Assembly (NCBI GenBank): GCA_028534125.1
Contig: CM052816.1
Location: 61,072,001-61,136,000 of the forward strand
Direction of reading: 5' to 3'
Length of the DNA stretch: 64,000 nucleotides
Origin: Lama glama
Taxonomy: Eukaryota
Shown here piece by piece: positions 38,551 to 52,164 of the stretch. Numbering within the stretch: the first letter of the stretch is position 1; every line of letters begins with the position of its first letter. The position numbers were made by a program, and so were the translations under genes. Below the pieces are notes generated by a model that saw only the letters and a program-made list of their open reading frames with translations, ran no database searches and had not been told where the DNA came from.

Positions 38551-40950
38551 CGTTTATTGCGGAGAGAGCTGCTTAGGCATTCTATCAACACATATGGCAT
38601 AAAACGCTTCAACCATAACATTGCACAGTTTTTGCTATTACTGCTTTAAATATGTTAACAGACGAGACGGCCTTGTTTTACCCTAAGGAATGTAATCGGT
38701 ACGGAACACACCATTCCCCGCCCCAAGTCTCTGCTGTACTTAACCGTGTACGAGGATGGTAATTAGTCTCTGTGTCCCTGAAGTCACTGTTTCAGTTCTT
38801 CCGTCTGTGTTCCAGAGATAATTATTTATTACCAAGTTTGAACAAAGAGCTGTATGCCCTACAGATGATTTTTGGCTTGCATCCGAAGAGAGGAGTTGAT
38901 AAAGTCCATCAAAGAATTATCTACCAAAGTGAGTCGTAAGCTAGTGACAGACACTTGAAATAACTCCAAAGATATTCAAGACATTCTATTAGGGATGGGA
39001 GCTTTCGACTACTTCCAGAACTGCTGGAAATAACACGGGTAGTTCCTTAGCGTAGAGTAGAACTGAAGGTTCACAATACCAAAGTGTTCGGACTTACTAC
39101 CTGAACTGGAGATAAAAGCATTAAACTGGAAGTTAGGGAACGAAGCAGCAGCCAGGCATACTATTGATAGCCAGCTCGTTATCCATTATAAATGAATATG
39201 AATCTTGGTCATTGTATAAAAGTTAGCATGTTGTATAACCTATTTTTAATCGTCGTAAGAAAGATTTCCTACTCCACTTTCAAAAACTGCTTTGAGCCTG
39301 ACCAGACTCTGTGGTATAGTTCTGAACTGAAAGGGTCACTCTTCTGAAGCATCCCAGGATGGCGAGTCTCCCACACCAGCTGGAGACCAGATGGATTTTG
39401 AAATTCCAGTGTTGCATTTAGTCTCAGGTTGATTCAAGGCCACTTTAAATCTGGCGTCATAGATTAAACTAAACCCTATACCGCCGGGAGCCACCCTCAC
39501 CCCCACCACCCCACAGCCCCACTCCTAAATCTAAATAAATAGGACCAGACCAGTCCCTAGGCAAGAACCTGGCCTGGCCCTAGCTTTTTTTTTTTTTTAA
39601 CTTAGACTCCTACTGGGGATGTATCTGGCTGATTACCATTTAGGCTGGAAAAGTACTTATAACCAAAAACCCTTCCTCCGATTCACCTGAAATTTCATCA
39701 CTAGAGTTTAATCCCTTTGAGTAGTTTATTTCTCTAGCACAAAGCCATAATCCTGGGAAAGGTAATATTTTAAGCCTTTTTAGTCATTTATACCAATTCA
39801 TCAGATTGTTTCCCCAAAGCAGCTTTTGATGGCAGGGAATATCCAGATAGCATATGCTGATGCCGAGTAGGTAGGAGAGAGAAATGTGATTTCATTCTTG
39901 GGGCAATCTATGGAAAGTAGAGAAGTACAGACAATAAAAGTGCCCCCCATTTGATTGTTAAATAAGTCCTACTTACTCATACTGTAAGAATGAGCCCCAA
40001 GACACTGGTCTTAAGAGGGTGGAAGCCAGGATACACATCAATATTATCTTTTTTGACAAATATTTGACAAAAATTTATAGCCCCTTTGTAAAATATCTTC
40101 AGCAGGGATTCTATGTCTGTGCCCATAAACAGAAAGGTGAAATGACATATGATGAGGGTACTCAATAATCAGAAAAAATGATTCATCTTTATTATTCATC
40201 ACTGACTACTTAGTTCTAACTCATATGAGCAGCACATACAGTTATAGCTAAATCTTCCATTTGTTCTTTTTCAGAAGGCATTACATTACAGATTAATTTC
40301 CTTTGAAAATCCCCCCACAGTTGAACTAAGATGTACTTAACGTTTTGACTATGATTAAAAGGAGAACTAAAACCCTACTTGAAACAAGACTGCCTTACTG
40401 TGATTCTGTAATGATTACCTGAACTCCAGGACCACCTTAGAGAGTAAACTAATAAATATTTGCTAATAGTATAGCTTAATCTCCCCCATTGTGATTCTCT
40501 AAATCTCTGTGAAAGTCAGAATTCTTTCTTTGGGATTCCCCCCTTCCTAATGGCTGGGCTCAGGAAAGATCTACTAAAGATAAGCCACATATCTGAAGGA
40601 AAGTTTTAAGACACAGCACACAGCAGCCATTAGGAAAAAAGCAGAGAGCCTAGCCACTTTTTTAGTTTAAAGGGGTCTCCCTGTCATTTCCCCATGCCTG
40701 CCTCGCAGCTGCGCAGAAGCACTGTGGAGACCAAGTTAGCAGAGGGCCAGGAAAAGTTTAGGGTGGTCATTCTCCTTTTCTCCCGTCTCAACACCTAACA
40801 AAGAATTGGTTACCTAAAACCAAAGTTTTTATCATAGTGGTATTTGAGGAAAACTAATCTTTGGACTAGAATTCAGTTAGATTTAAAAAGAAAAAAGGTC
40901 TAGAATCATTAGATTAATTAGATCAAAATGCATTGTAACATGTATTTTTA

Positions 40951-41182
40951 TTTTATTTTATTTTTTATTTTGCCACTATTTTCTTTAATCTTTTTTTAAA
41001 CATTTTTATTGATTTATAATCATTTTACAATGTTGTGTCAAATTCCAGTGTAGAGCAAAATTTTTCACTTATACATGGACATATATATATATTCATTGTC
41101 ACATTTTTTTCTCTCTGAGTTACCATAAGATCTTGTGTATATTTCCATGTGCTATACAGTATAATCTTGTTTATCTATTCTA
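40951..41182 (-). mobile_element. Short young L1 3' end
   Basis: 17-bp TSD tgtaacatgtattttta at 40934-40950 and 41183-41199; (TTTTA)n tail. Confidence 0.9.
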
Positions 41183-41619
41183 TGTAACATGTATTTTTAA
41201 TAGGGATTCACGTTCCTATTTTCTTTCATCTTAGCCTCTTGTTAAGGAGAGAAAGCAGGAAGTTAGGGTGGCAGGTGTGTGGGAAAGGGACACTTGGGCT
41301 TAAAAGAGGCAGTACATGCAGGAATCAAAATTAAGGATTTAATATTACATTGGGGATGAAGTCATCCCTCCTGTAACATATTTCAGACTTCCAGATATAC
41401 TTTCAGTAATATTTTATGAATCACAGGGATGTCTGCTTCCATTTGTGAAAACTTCATTAAAAGTTTTGAAGTTTTGCCCCCCTACTATATGCTTGATAAT
41501 TTTTTTCTGTCCTATACGTTTTGTAGCCTATTAAAGTTAAATTTCTTTCAGATGTCTTACAAATTTTTTTAAAGTATAGAGAAAATAAATAGTGCATGGT
41601 GATTATTTGTGTGACCTCT

Positions 41620-41830
41620 GAAACAATACTGCTTGAATTAGAAATAGCCACTGTATGACCTTGGGCAAGTTCCTGAATATCTATAAACAAACTTGAGCTT
41701 CCTCATCTCTAGAATGGGAACTATAATATTTTCCCATAGATTATTGAGAGGACTTCCTGGAACAATGCTCATAAAGTGCTTAGCACAGTGCTTGGCAGAC
41801 TCAAAAGTGTTAGCCATCATTAGTAGTGCA
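41620..41830 (+). mobile_element. MIR
   Basis: ctgtatgaccttgggcaagttcctgaa...cttcctcatctctagaatggg...taaagtgcttagcacagtgcttggca. Confidence 0.85.
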
Positions 41831-41871
41831 ATTAAGATGCACTGAAAATATGTACCATGCTTCCATCCTTT

Positions 41872-42160
41872 CTAAGATTATCATATAATGTACTATCCAA
41901 AGAAGAATACTTTTTTTTTTTGGTTTCTTTTTCTGGGAGGGGAGGTAATTTAGTTTATTTACTTATTTATTTTTAGAGGAGGTGCTGGGGATTGAACCCA
42001 GGACCCTGTGCATGCTAGGCATGTGCTCTACCACTTGAGCTATACCCTCCCCCCAAAGAATACTTTTGAGAGTGAATGCAGACATTAATAATAATTACAC
42101 AGGGACAAGAAATGTAAAACCAAGACTGTCCTGGGCCAATTGGGGCAAATAATCACTCTA
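41872..42160 (+). mobile_element. MER94-like hAT-Blackjack MITE interrupted by a SINE
   Basis: catataatgtactatccaaa|SINE|acttttgagagtgaa...aataattacacagggacaa...gactgtcctggg...tcactcta. Confidence 0.6.
41915..42055 (-). mobile_element. tRNA-derived SINE (Vic-1-like) with TSD
   Basis: TSD aagaatactttt at 41903-41914 and 42056-42067. Confidence 0.92.
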
Positions 42161-42764
42161 ATAATTTCCAACTTTATTACCATCTCCTGTTTCTCTTCCC
42201 CACTCAAATCTTCCCTGATATGAATCATACTCTGTTTCAATCATATTACAATACACACACCTTTTTCTAAATCATAACAGTATTAAATCAACAAAACAAA
42301 AGTTTAAACACTGCTGTTTATTACTCTTCACAGGCTTTCACTTAAGAACTCATTTTCTTTGAGTAATAACACTGCTGTTTTCCTGCTCATTTAAGCCCAC
42401 AGTTAGCTACATTTTTCTATAGTATTTGGTTTAAAAAAAAATAAACTGTTTAACATCAAATATGCCATGAAAATAGCCAATACATGGGCGTTAAGCATAA
42501 TTTGAGATACAGTAAGAAGCTAAATGCCCTGCTCTAAAATGCCAACTATGTTACATAAAAACTTTTTGTTTTTAGTTAAGCAGCATATCACTCCTATTAC
42601 AAAGTAAGAGTAAATCATCGTTATTTGTTGATGATGGCCATATCATAATCAGAATACTGGATAAATCTCACCTAAATCTGGTTTAATCAGTATGCGGAAA
42701 ATGGTATTTCTCAGCTGAATTTTCTAAAATAATTGTGAAATATACTTTAACACTCATACCTTCT

Positions 42765-43165
42765 TTTTTTATTAATTGAGTTATAGTCAATTTACAATGT
42801 GTCAATTTCTGGTGTACAGCACAATTTTCAGTCATACATGAATATACATATATTTATTTTCGTATTCTTTTTCACCATGAGCTACTACAAGATCTTGAAT
42901 AGATTTCCCTGTGCTATACAGTATAAACTTGTTTAGGGGAGAGGGGATGGCTCAGCGGTAGAGCACATGCCTGACATACATGAGGTCCTGGGTTCAATCA
43001 CCAGTACCTCCATTAAAAATATAAATAAATAAACCTACCTCCCCCTCAAAAAAAAAAAATTAAAAAAAACAAAAAAAACCTTGTTTATCTATTCTTATAT
43101 ATACATGTCAGCATCTACAAATCTCAGACTCCCAGTCTGTCCCTTCCCACCCTCCTCCCCCCTGG
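42765..43165 (-). mobile_element. L1 3' end interrupted by a SINE
   Basis: tttacaatgtgtcaatttctggtgtacagc...ccctgtgctatacagtataaacttgttta|SINE|...cccttcccaccc. Confidence 0.88.
42936..43079 (+). mobile_element. tRNA-derived SINE (Vic-1-like) nested in L1
   Basis: ggctcagcggtagagc...gtcctgggttcaatc; TSD core cttgttta at 42928-42935 and 43080-43087. Confidence 0.9.
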
Positions 43166-44089
43166 CATACTTTCTTCCCTTGGAAAGAAATTTATTTTCT
43201 GGGAACTGACTGCAAATATCCTTCAAAAATGCTGGTCTAAATAATAACATACTTTTCAATGTTTGCTGTCTCTTCTGTATTCCGACTCTAATCCCTTTGT
43301 TTTTATGCCATTAAATTTATGCCAGCCATCGGATCAATCACAGTGTTTTAGTTCTCTTAGTTTTGGGTTACTTTTAATTTTCTTGTTCTTCCATTTCTCC
43401 TTTAAGAAAGACGCTGAATTTCTCTTCCTTCTACCTCAGGAAACTCCCTCTGAAGGTTTTTGTTTTCTTATATAAAACTTTATATAGTATATTTTTCATA
43501 TTTCCTACTACATAGCATACCAAACTATTAATAGAAATGTGACTTTCTTTCCAAAAGGTTTGTACTTCTTTACATAAAAAAATATGTAGAGAAGAAATAG
43601 CTTTCAACTATTTTATAATTTTCAATGTAATTTTTCTTTTTCATTTTTGACATTTTATTTCATTTACCTGATTTCCAGCCACCCTACCTCACAGAAAACT
43701 GATTCTATTTCGTCTCCTATAGTAATGAAACCTAATTCAGACACTGGCTAGATTTTACACTATGAAAATGTTGCTAGGCAAATTAGAAGTGTTAGTTTCA
43801 GGAGGAATGTTTGGCCTACTTAAAGAAAATAAGCTTTCAAAACTCTAGAATCTGAGAATTTTCAGTAGTGGTTAAATAAGCAGGAAGTAGACATCAGACA
43901 TCATCTGATGTCTAGTCCATCTCCATTTTATACGTAAGGGAACTTAGATTTGAAGACTAGTGGCAGAACCATAATGAGAACCCAGTACTCCTCCAGTTCC
44001 TTAGGTATTCAGATATACCACATAGCCACCATACATTAATCCAAACATGGACCAACCATCAAAGAAAAGTTTGATAGAACTACTTAACT

Positions 44090-44316
44090 TTTTAAAACTT
44101 TATTGGTAAAAGACACCATAAACAAAGTTAAACAGCAAATGACAGTTTGAGGGGAAATATAACATATATAAGAAACAATAGCTAATATCCATAATATATA
44201 AAGAGCTCTTTTAACCCAGAAGAAAGTAACAGTCCAATATAGAAGTATTTACAAAAGCTTTAAACCAGCAATACATGCACACACACAAAATATGAAGAGC
44301 CAATAAACATTTGAAA
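44090..44316 (+). mobile_element. Old L1 ORF2 fragment
   Basis: aaaagacaccataaacaaagttaaacagcaaatgac...ctaatatccataatatataaagagctc. Confidence 0.7.
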
Positions 44317-44318
44317 TG

Positions 44319-45042
44319 TGTAAGGGCCTTTAAGATCAGGTGGGGAGCAGCCCATTTACAAACCAGGATAACTGAAACTCTAGCCAGGTTTTGTTGTTGT
44401 TATTGTAGTTAGGGTAGTAGTCTCTTTTCAGCAATCTCAGGGAGTTAAAACAACTCCAGTGGGGTATACCAAAGGGTGCTCCTATGACCTTGACAGGAAG
44501 GGGAATGAGCCAGTCTGATGACAAGTAAATTGGATTAAACTGACTGAAACCTGATCCCTGAAACGAGACACAGCCTTTCTGGAGCCACTTGCCATGAATG
44601 TCCATAGGGAAACACAGCAGCACCCCCAAAAGGGTCAGGCCTGACACAAAGGATGGAGCCCCTCTGGGCCCATTCCCCTATGTCAGACCACCAGGCTTCT
44701 GGACATGTGTCTGCTATAGTCTGTGGAATTGCAAAGACAATATACCTTAGAAGCCATGGATTTTAAGATTTTTGTTTCATCAAATAAAAGCTGAACATGG
44801 TGAGATGTTAGTAATTTGTCCTAGGAAATCAAAAGTGCTGTTTGTGTAATAAGTTTAAGGCCCTGAAAGGAATTAACTCCCCAATTCCCTCCAGATCCAT
44901 GAACAAGGTTCCATTGGCGCTGGAGAATCCTGGGAAGGGTCTAAGGAGACAAATGAAGGAGTAGCCACAGGCCTGAGGGAAGAGACTCAAGGAAGCCCCT
45001 CTTCTTCTGCTTCTGTAGGGGGAACTCTCTCCACCCTTCACA
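44319..45042. mobile_element. Putative old solo LTR, family unassigned
   Basis: Starts TGTAAGGG and ends CCCTTCACA (imperfect terminal inverted repeat); GC-richer than flanks; AATAAA ~44783; no clear TSD. Confidence 0.45.
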
Positions 45043-45263
45043 CTTCCTTGGACTTGTTTGCTGACAACTATTACAAAGACAAATAATAGAGAAAAAATAT
45101 GGGGTTAGATAGGAGAAGACCAGAAAAAAGTAGGCTTAAAATACTTTCTTTAAAAAGACTAATGCAGATGTAAAACTAGGAATAGAAGGAAAATATTTTA
45201 ATAGACTAAGATAAGTTTGTAGGAAACACAACCAATTAAAGGAGAAAGAAGCTGAGAGTTAAA

Positions 45264-46135
45264 AATCATTAAAAAAAAAATCCACAAACGATAAATGCTA
45301 AAGAAGGTGTGGAGAAAAGGGAACACTCCTGCACTGTTGGTGGGAATGTAGTTTGGTGCAGCCATTATGGAAAAGGGTATGGAGATTCCTCAAAAAACTA
45401 AAAATAGACTTACCATATGATCTAGCAATCCCACTCCTGGGCATATATCCAGAGGGAACTCTAATTCAAAAAGATACATCCACCCCAATGTTCACAGCAA
45501 AACTATTTACAATAGCCAAGACATGGAAACAACCTAAATGTCCATCGGTAGATGACTGGATAAAGAAGATGTTGTATGCATATATAGATAGATATAGATA
45601 TAGATATAGATAGATATACACACAATGGAATAGTACTCAGCCATAAAAATGAATGAAATAATGCCATTTGCAGCAACATGAATGGACTTGGAGATTGTCA
45701 TTCTAAGTGAAGGAAGCCAGAAAGAGAAAGAAAAATACCATATGATACCACTCGTATGTGGAATCTAAAAAAAGACACAAATGAACATATTTATAAAACA
45801 GAAACAGACTCACAGACATAGAAAACAAACTTATGGTTACCAGGGGGAAAGGGGTGGGGAGGGATAAATGGGGAGTTCAGGATTTGCAGATACTAACTAC
45901 TATATATAAAATAGATAAATGTATTATATATATATAAATATATATAAAACAAATAACAAGGTCCTATTATATAGCACAGAGTCCTACTGTATATTCAATA
46001 CCCTGCAATAGCCTATAATGAAAAAGAATATGAAAATGAATATGCATATGTACAACTGAATCACTGTGCTATACATGATAAATTAATACATTGTAAATTG
46101 ATTATACTGCAATTAAAAAATGAATAAACAAATAA
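45264..46135 (+). mobile_element. Young L1 3' portion containing (ATAGAT)n at ~45582-45618
   Basis: Encodes the L1 ORF2 C-terminus ([29 protein letters not shown]) followed by the 3'UTR and A tail. Confidence 0.92.
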
Positions 46136-46558
46136 TACTTACTAAAAATCACTAAAAGGAACGAGTAAAGAAAAAAATTTAAGTTTAAACTCTCCTAAAA
46201 GCCAGAAAATCAGATTCATTTCAATATATACATGGCAGGTGGCAGGAGTGAGAAGTAAAAAAAAAAAAAAAATCACTTTGGCAGTAAGAGGAGTATATAA
46301 ACTAAAACAATCTATACTATGTGTATATCTATGTGTCTATCTATCAACAGTTGTGAATTAGCTAAAAACAAAAGAAAACTGCTAGAGGCCATTCAGTTTC
46401 TGAGTGAGCCTGCTATCCCCAGGAAACGGGATCTTACTGCACCAAGAATCTCCTGGGTAGAAAAGTCATGAAACCAAGGGGTACTTTAAACCTGCCTTGG
46501 GACACCCAGAGGCTCATGGGTTCCAAAGGTCCTTTTTAGCTACCTGTGGAAGCAAATA

Positions 46559-46702
46559 CACTCAGCCCTGATGGTCCCATGTCCTTGGATAGGGATGGCT
46601 GACTGTCCTATGCCATTATATATACGGGGCTTGAGCATGTACGGATTTTGGTAACCAAAGGGTTCCTGGAACCAATCCCCCATGGATACCAAGGGATGAC
46701 TA
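46559..46702 (-). mobile_element. Short MER2-like Tigger MITE
   Basis: cttgagcatgtacggattttggtaacc...cctggaaccaatccccatggataccaagggatgact; TA at both flanks (46557-46558, 46703-46704). Confidence 0.75.
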
Positions 46703-49619
46703 TATCTGACTTCTACAACAGATCCAAGCAGCACAGTCTGGCATCCAAAAACTTCTCTCCCAAGCTCTCCACTCTCTCCTCTTCTTCAGTACATCCTTAT
46801 CAGAATACTAAATTATGACCCCAGTTACTAGATAACCTTCTGCACAAGATCGAGTAGGCAGGAAGTTGTAGAGCTGGAATATGAACCCAGCAATCTGAGA
46901 CCAAGGCTAAGTGCAAACCAATAAATTCTATGCAGACCTGTAACTACTTTTAATACCTCTCTCAGCAGATTTTCCACATCATATATAAGCCAACATTTTC
47001 ACTTTTAGTCACTGGGGATCTTTTTTTTTTGTAATTTATAACCTTCTCTCAAATAAAAACAAAAGCAGTCTTAATTTCATCTTGAAATACTTCCTGTTTC
47101 TTTGTCTTCCTCTTCCTCTGCTCTTCTAAAACAAAAGCTGGTCCCTTTCTTTTCTTCTCTTTTCTTCTTTCTATCATAAAGGCAATGTGCATCCATTGTA
47201 GAAAAGCACACGAAATAAGAGGGAAATAGTCTATCAAGTACAAACAACTGCAAATAAAACCCTGAAAAAGGTGTTATTCAAGTGCCTGGGTATAACTGTA
47301 GAGACTAGGTGATTTCAAAGCCTTTTCTCCAGAACATAATGCTCATTTATGAGTAGCAGCAATTAATGATTGTGCTAGATCCACAACTAGAGTTGCATAT
47401 TCTTTATTCATGGGATTCAATTTAAAAATGAGCCATTCCAATTTGGTACTGCAGTAGTTTACCTTAAAGTGATGATACTGTGTTTTCTCTTAACCTCATC
47501 TATAATCATCCCATCTCCTTTTACCAAAAACCATTTGTATTGGAATCTTACAGATAATCATTCTTTACATATGTCTAATGCAGTATAACATAAACAGAGT
47601 AAGCATGGCTTCAATATTGATATGTTAAGTGTTGTCCAACATCTTGGTATTCTTCTGTTTTCCTTTCACGTATATATGACTTGTTGATGCTTCTAAGCCA
47701 CTAGCAGAGAAGATAATTTAAAATCATTACCAATGTAAATTTCCATCCACAGTCTCTACCTTTTATCCAACCACCTCATTTAAAGTCTTTTGTATTTAAA
47801 AGTATGTAATAGCCCTAAAAGAAAGTATTATGTGTTTCATCTGTTACTCAAAAAGAAGCAAAAAACTAGACTATTAACCCGCTGTGTAATCCCTGCGCAG
47901 ACTACAACGCCTTTCAGTGGGAAGCCAGGCTCTGCCAAGAGCAGGGAGGATTGCAGTTTAAACATTACAGGGTCAAGTTCAACATTTGTTCCATTCACAG
48001 AACTCCCACTGACATCAATGAGAGTTTTGTGCAGAGTAGAATTTCTTCCTCAGTTAAATGATTTCTGTAATGCCTTCTATTTTGCCAGAACATATTCCAC
48101 AAAGAATGTAATAAAGAAAATACACGTAATACTGCTCTTTTTTTTTTTTAGGTCTACTTGTGATTTCAATAAAATGTCATCCACAAAAAAAAAAGCATTT
48201 TTCTTATAGAACATGATTTAAAAGGTAAATAAGCCATTTTGCAGAGAATATAAAGAGACTTTCAGATCATTCTAGACTCATCTGTTTGCAATTATATATA
48301 TATAAGTATGTATTATACATATAGTTTTGCCTGCAATATAAAAATCACAATTGAATTCTGTCAGGAGGCTTTGAACCCCTGAAATTTTATGCCCTATGTT
48401 ATGTCATCAGCTGATTGGGGACATGGAGTTTCTTAAGCTTATTAGACCAAGGTCTGTGGAACTACATATCAGATCCACAAATATCCCTTGGTAAATAAAG
48501 GCTGTTAAATAATAGAGAAGGCCCTGAATTTTTTATATAATGGTTGGAAGGATAAGCAGGGTATACTAGTGAAGAGTTTGAACACACAAAGTAATTTTAT
48601 TGTTAAGTGATAAAGTAACATCAATGAAAATTAATAAAGTATTTTAATAAATTAATATTCATAGTTTATAATTAGCCCATTGTTTATGTGACTTGTAATT
48701 TTAAGGGACTTCTTAAGGGAAAAGAGAATATTAGTATATTAAAATATTAAATTTAGGGTATAGAGAACATTAGATTTTCTTTCTTTGAATAGGTAGAGGA
48801 ATTATCTATAACATTTCTATCGGTTTGGGAAATTACACATTGATTTACATTACAAATGAATTTCACCCTAATTTAAGATTATCTTTGACTTTAAAGATCT
48901 AAAAAGAAAGTCTGAGGCTTCTTACAGACACAAAAATCTGGTTATGTTTTGCTTAATCTTCAGAAATAATTTAAAGCAGATTGGAGTCTAAACATCATTA
49001 GTATTCTATAAAAAGCTTTGGCATGACGCATTCTTACTTCACATAAGGGAGATGCTCTTATTTTCTGTTGCTCAGGAAAGTTTTTAAAAAGGCAATCTGG
49101 GGAAGAAGAAAGCTGATAGACTTAAAAACAAAATGGAAAATGAAATAGGCACTCTGACCTATGCTACGACTCACTCCCTGTTACCTCCAACTATTACCCA
49201 ACTGCAACATTTTAGAATGAATTTTAGTTTCTATGGAGGTTCCATTCCTCCTTTCAGAGGACTGCAACTATGTCAAGCCTTTCAGAGAATCACGAGGTCA
49301 CCCGAACTACTATTTATTAATGGTGCACTCAGCATTAATAAACACAATAAAAACTTCCAAAGAATCTAAATGTGTATCAGCTATCACCATCATCTGTGGA
49401 CCCAGTACTGGGCTGGGCATTTCATGCGTGAAATCTCATAAAGTAATTTAAAAGATACCAAATTATGAAGCTTTAGATAAATCTATAAACTGCATGGAAA
49501 TTTCAGAAAGAATCAGTTGATCCATGGTCTTTGAAATCAGCAAAGTCCCCACTTATCAGTAAGCGTGATAAATAGACTGCAATTCTTTTGTGGTCTTTTG
49601 AGTCGAGGGCTGTTCACCA

Positions 49620-50210
49620 GATGTGTGGGATGATGTGACAGTTTTCAAATAAGTCTGCAAAGTCTTTGACATTCCTCTCACCAAAAGTGCAATCTATGAA
49701 CTCTCTCCTTGAAAATGGGCTGGCTTTTTCTTTGGCTTCGACCAGTAGAAAACAGGAAGTAACACTTATGGGACCTCCCAGGTGAGGGCATAAATGGCAA
49801 TGTGCTTCGACTTTGTTCACTGGAATACTGGCTTTTGAAAACATCAGCTACCAAGTAAACATTCTGTCTCTCTGAGGCCATTAAGTGTGAGAAGGGTCAA
49901 ATTAGCCCACATGGAGAGACCACATAGACAGGCCCAGTGACAACATATAGGAACTGAGAAACAGCTGCCTGGCCAGTCTCAAGCTGTCCCAGCCCCTCTT
50001 CCCACCCTGCCCTGCCCTGCCCTGCCCCTGCCCGCCACCCCCACTCTGTTACAGCTCTAACTAGCACACAGTAAATTTCAAGAGCCCAGACTACTCAAAC
50101 TGTTCCCAAATTTCCCTCCCAGAGAAAATATGAAATATAATATAATGATTATTGCATTTAATCAGAACATCTGGGGGTGATATGTTACCTAGCAATAGTA
50201 ACCGAAACAG
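49620..50210 (+). mobile_element. MaLR LTR (MLT1E/F-like)
   Basis: tctttgacattcctctcacc...atctatgaactctctccttgaaaatgggctggc...atgttacctagcaatagtaaccgaaaca. Confidence 0.75.
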
Positions 50211-50213
50211 GTA

Positions 50214-51600
50214 CTTTTTTTTTTTTTTTTAGTTTGAAACAATTTTTGTGTTGAAAAATTTCAGATGCTTTCTAGAGTAGAGAGACTATACAATGAACTC
50301 TCATGTACATTACTTAGAATCAACAAATTCTGGCCACATTTGCCTCATCTGTTCCCTCTTTTTTTTCCCCTCTGCTGAAATATTTCAAACTGCATCCCAG
50401 CTGGTGTGTCATGTCAAGTATCATAGGATGCTTCAGTATGAATCTCTAAAAAAGTAGACAAAAATGACAAAATGTCATTATCACACTTAACAAAATTAAA
50501 AATAATTCTCTGGCATCATCTAATATCCAGACCATAATCAAACTGCCTGATTGCTTCAAACATGTGCTTTTACTGTTCTTGGAATAAGGATCCAAATGAT
50601 GTCGACATACAGGATTTGGTTGTTGTGCCTCTTTTTGTCTAAAACAGTCACCCCCCCACGCCACCCCACCCTCCTTTCCCTTCTGCCATTAACTAGTTGC
50701 AGAAACCAGGTAAGTTGTCTGAGGAATGTTTGTTTTCTTACAGTGGCATTTCACTTGCTCCTTTATCCCCTGTAGTTCCTGGAAATGAAAGTTGGATCAA
50801 AAGAATTGATTACATTCAGAGCTACCTTTATGTCCCTCTGTAGGGATACTTGATAAGGGCTGTGTGCCTCATAATGCATCACAACAGGAGCTATATGATA
50901 TCTGGTGGTTCCACTTTCAGAGATGCTAAGATTGATCAGCCATGTGCTTATGGTCTTATTATCCCTCATGGTAAACTTCCCACCCACCTTTCATTCAAGC
51001 ATTTGATCATTGCTACTGGGTTGCCATTGCTTCTTTGCCTTTTCAGTAGACAGTAGTAGGAAATGTCTATGTTTGAGAAAGAAAAAATAGACCGATAGTA
51101 ATAATATTTCTAATCAAATATAATAATGTAAAACTGTCGGATTTTTTTTCTTTACTTAGGCTCTTTGCTTTTCTACCTATTCTCTTACTGAACATTTTGT
51201 TCCTAACATCAACATACTTACTTATTTACATTAATCTATAGTATATTTAAAATAGTTTCAGAAGAATAATAGCAATATTGCCTCTACCATGTACATATGG
51301 AATATAGTTTATGATTCCTTTGTACTTCTGTTTGTTCTTAGAATAATCTCTGGTAAGGTGTACCCTTGAAATAATCATTGTCTTTGTATTTCTTTAGTTG
51401 TGTCTTTTTGTGCTACTGACTTGGTATTGAGTTTGTTTGTTTTAGTTCATTAATTTATTTCAGTTCAAGTTAGGTTTCTTTGTTTCAGTCTCTTTAATTT
51501 TTATAAATTGATTTAATTTTTTTATTTTCCCACCACCCTGTTCATTCCTTTTTGAGATAGTCATTATTAGTTTTGGTTTGAGTGTTAGATTTTTAAAAGA
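50214..51600 (-). mobile_element. Old L1 3' region (L1MC4/L1ME-like)
   Basis: Poly-T start; cattatcacacttaacaaaattaaaaataattc...catcatctaatatccag. Confidence 0.65.
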
Positions 51601-52164
51601 TTGTCATTTATCTATGGCAATTAAGCTTTGGGCTGAGTTACTACAGTAATTTTTGGGATCGTGACAGCTGTAGATTGAGGAAGAATTAGTCTTCAGATGA
51701 AGTGGTCTTCATAAAAAAAAAAATCATTTTGGTCTTTCTCTCCTCACTGCTTCTCTGTCAAAACCTTTTTTTTTTCAATTTAACTTAATTTTTTTGTCAA
51801 AGCCTTTTTTTAAGTGGAGAAGTAGTTCTCTGCCTCTCTTCTTAATGGTTATTTGCCACATCTGCTGAAATGTGTATTATCTAGGTAAATGATTTGGTTA
51901 ACGGTTAGAAAACAGAACTCACAATATAGCATTCCATGTTACATATATACGGTTGCAAGAGGAGAACTAGTGACATGATGTACCAAAATATTAATGCTGC
52001 TGATTTGTGAAGAGCGAAATTTCACATGCTTTAGTTTCATTTGTATTTTTACCTATATTTGCTAATTTTCTACAGTGATGATACACATATTTGCATAATA
52101 CTAAAGAGAAATGTGCTTTGCATCATGTAAAAAGATAATAAAATAATCACTTCAAAATGACTGC

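Noticed and set aside
36982..38649. Many long overlapping ORFs (up to 368 aa) on both strands
   Set aside because: They are low-complexity Pro/Arg/Gly/Ala translations in several frames of a CpG island, where stop codons are rare. No recognisable domain.
45353..45613. 86-aa ORF with a real protein motif
   Set aside because: It is the C-terminus of L1 ORF2 in a truncated copy, running into a microsatellite.
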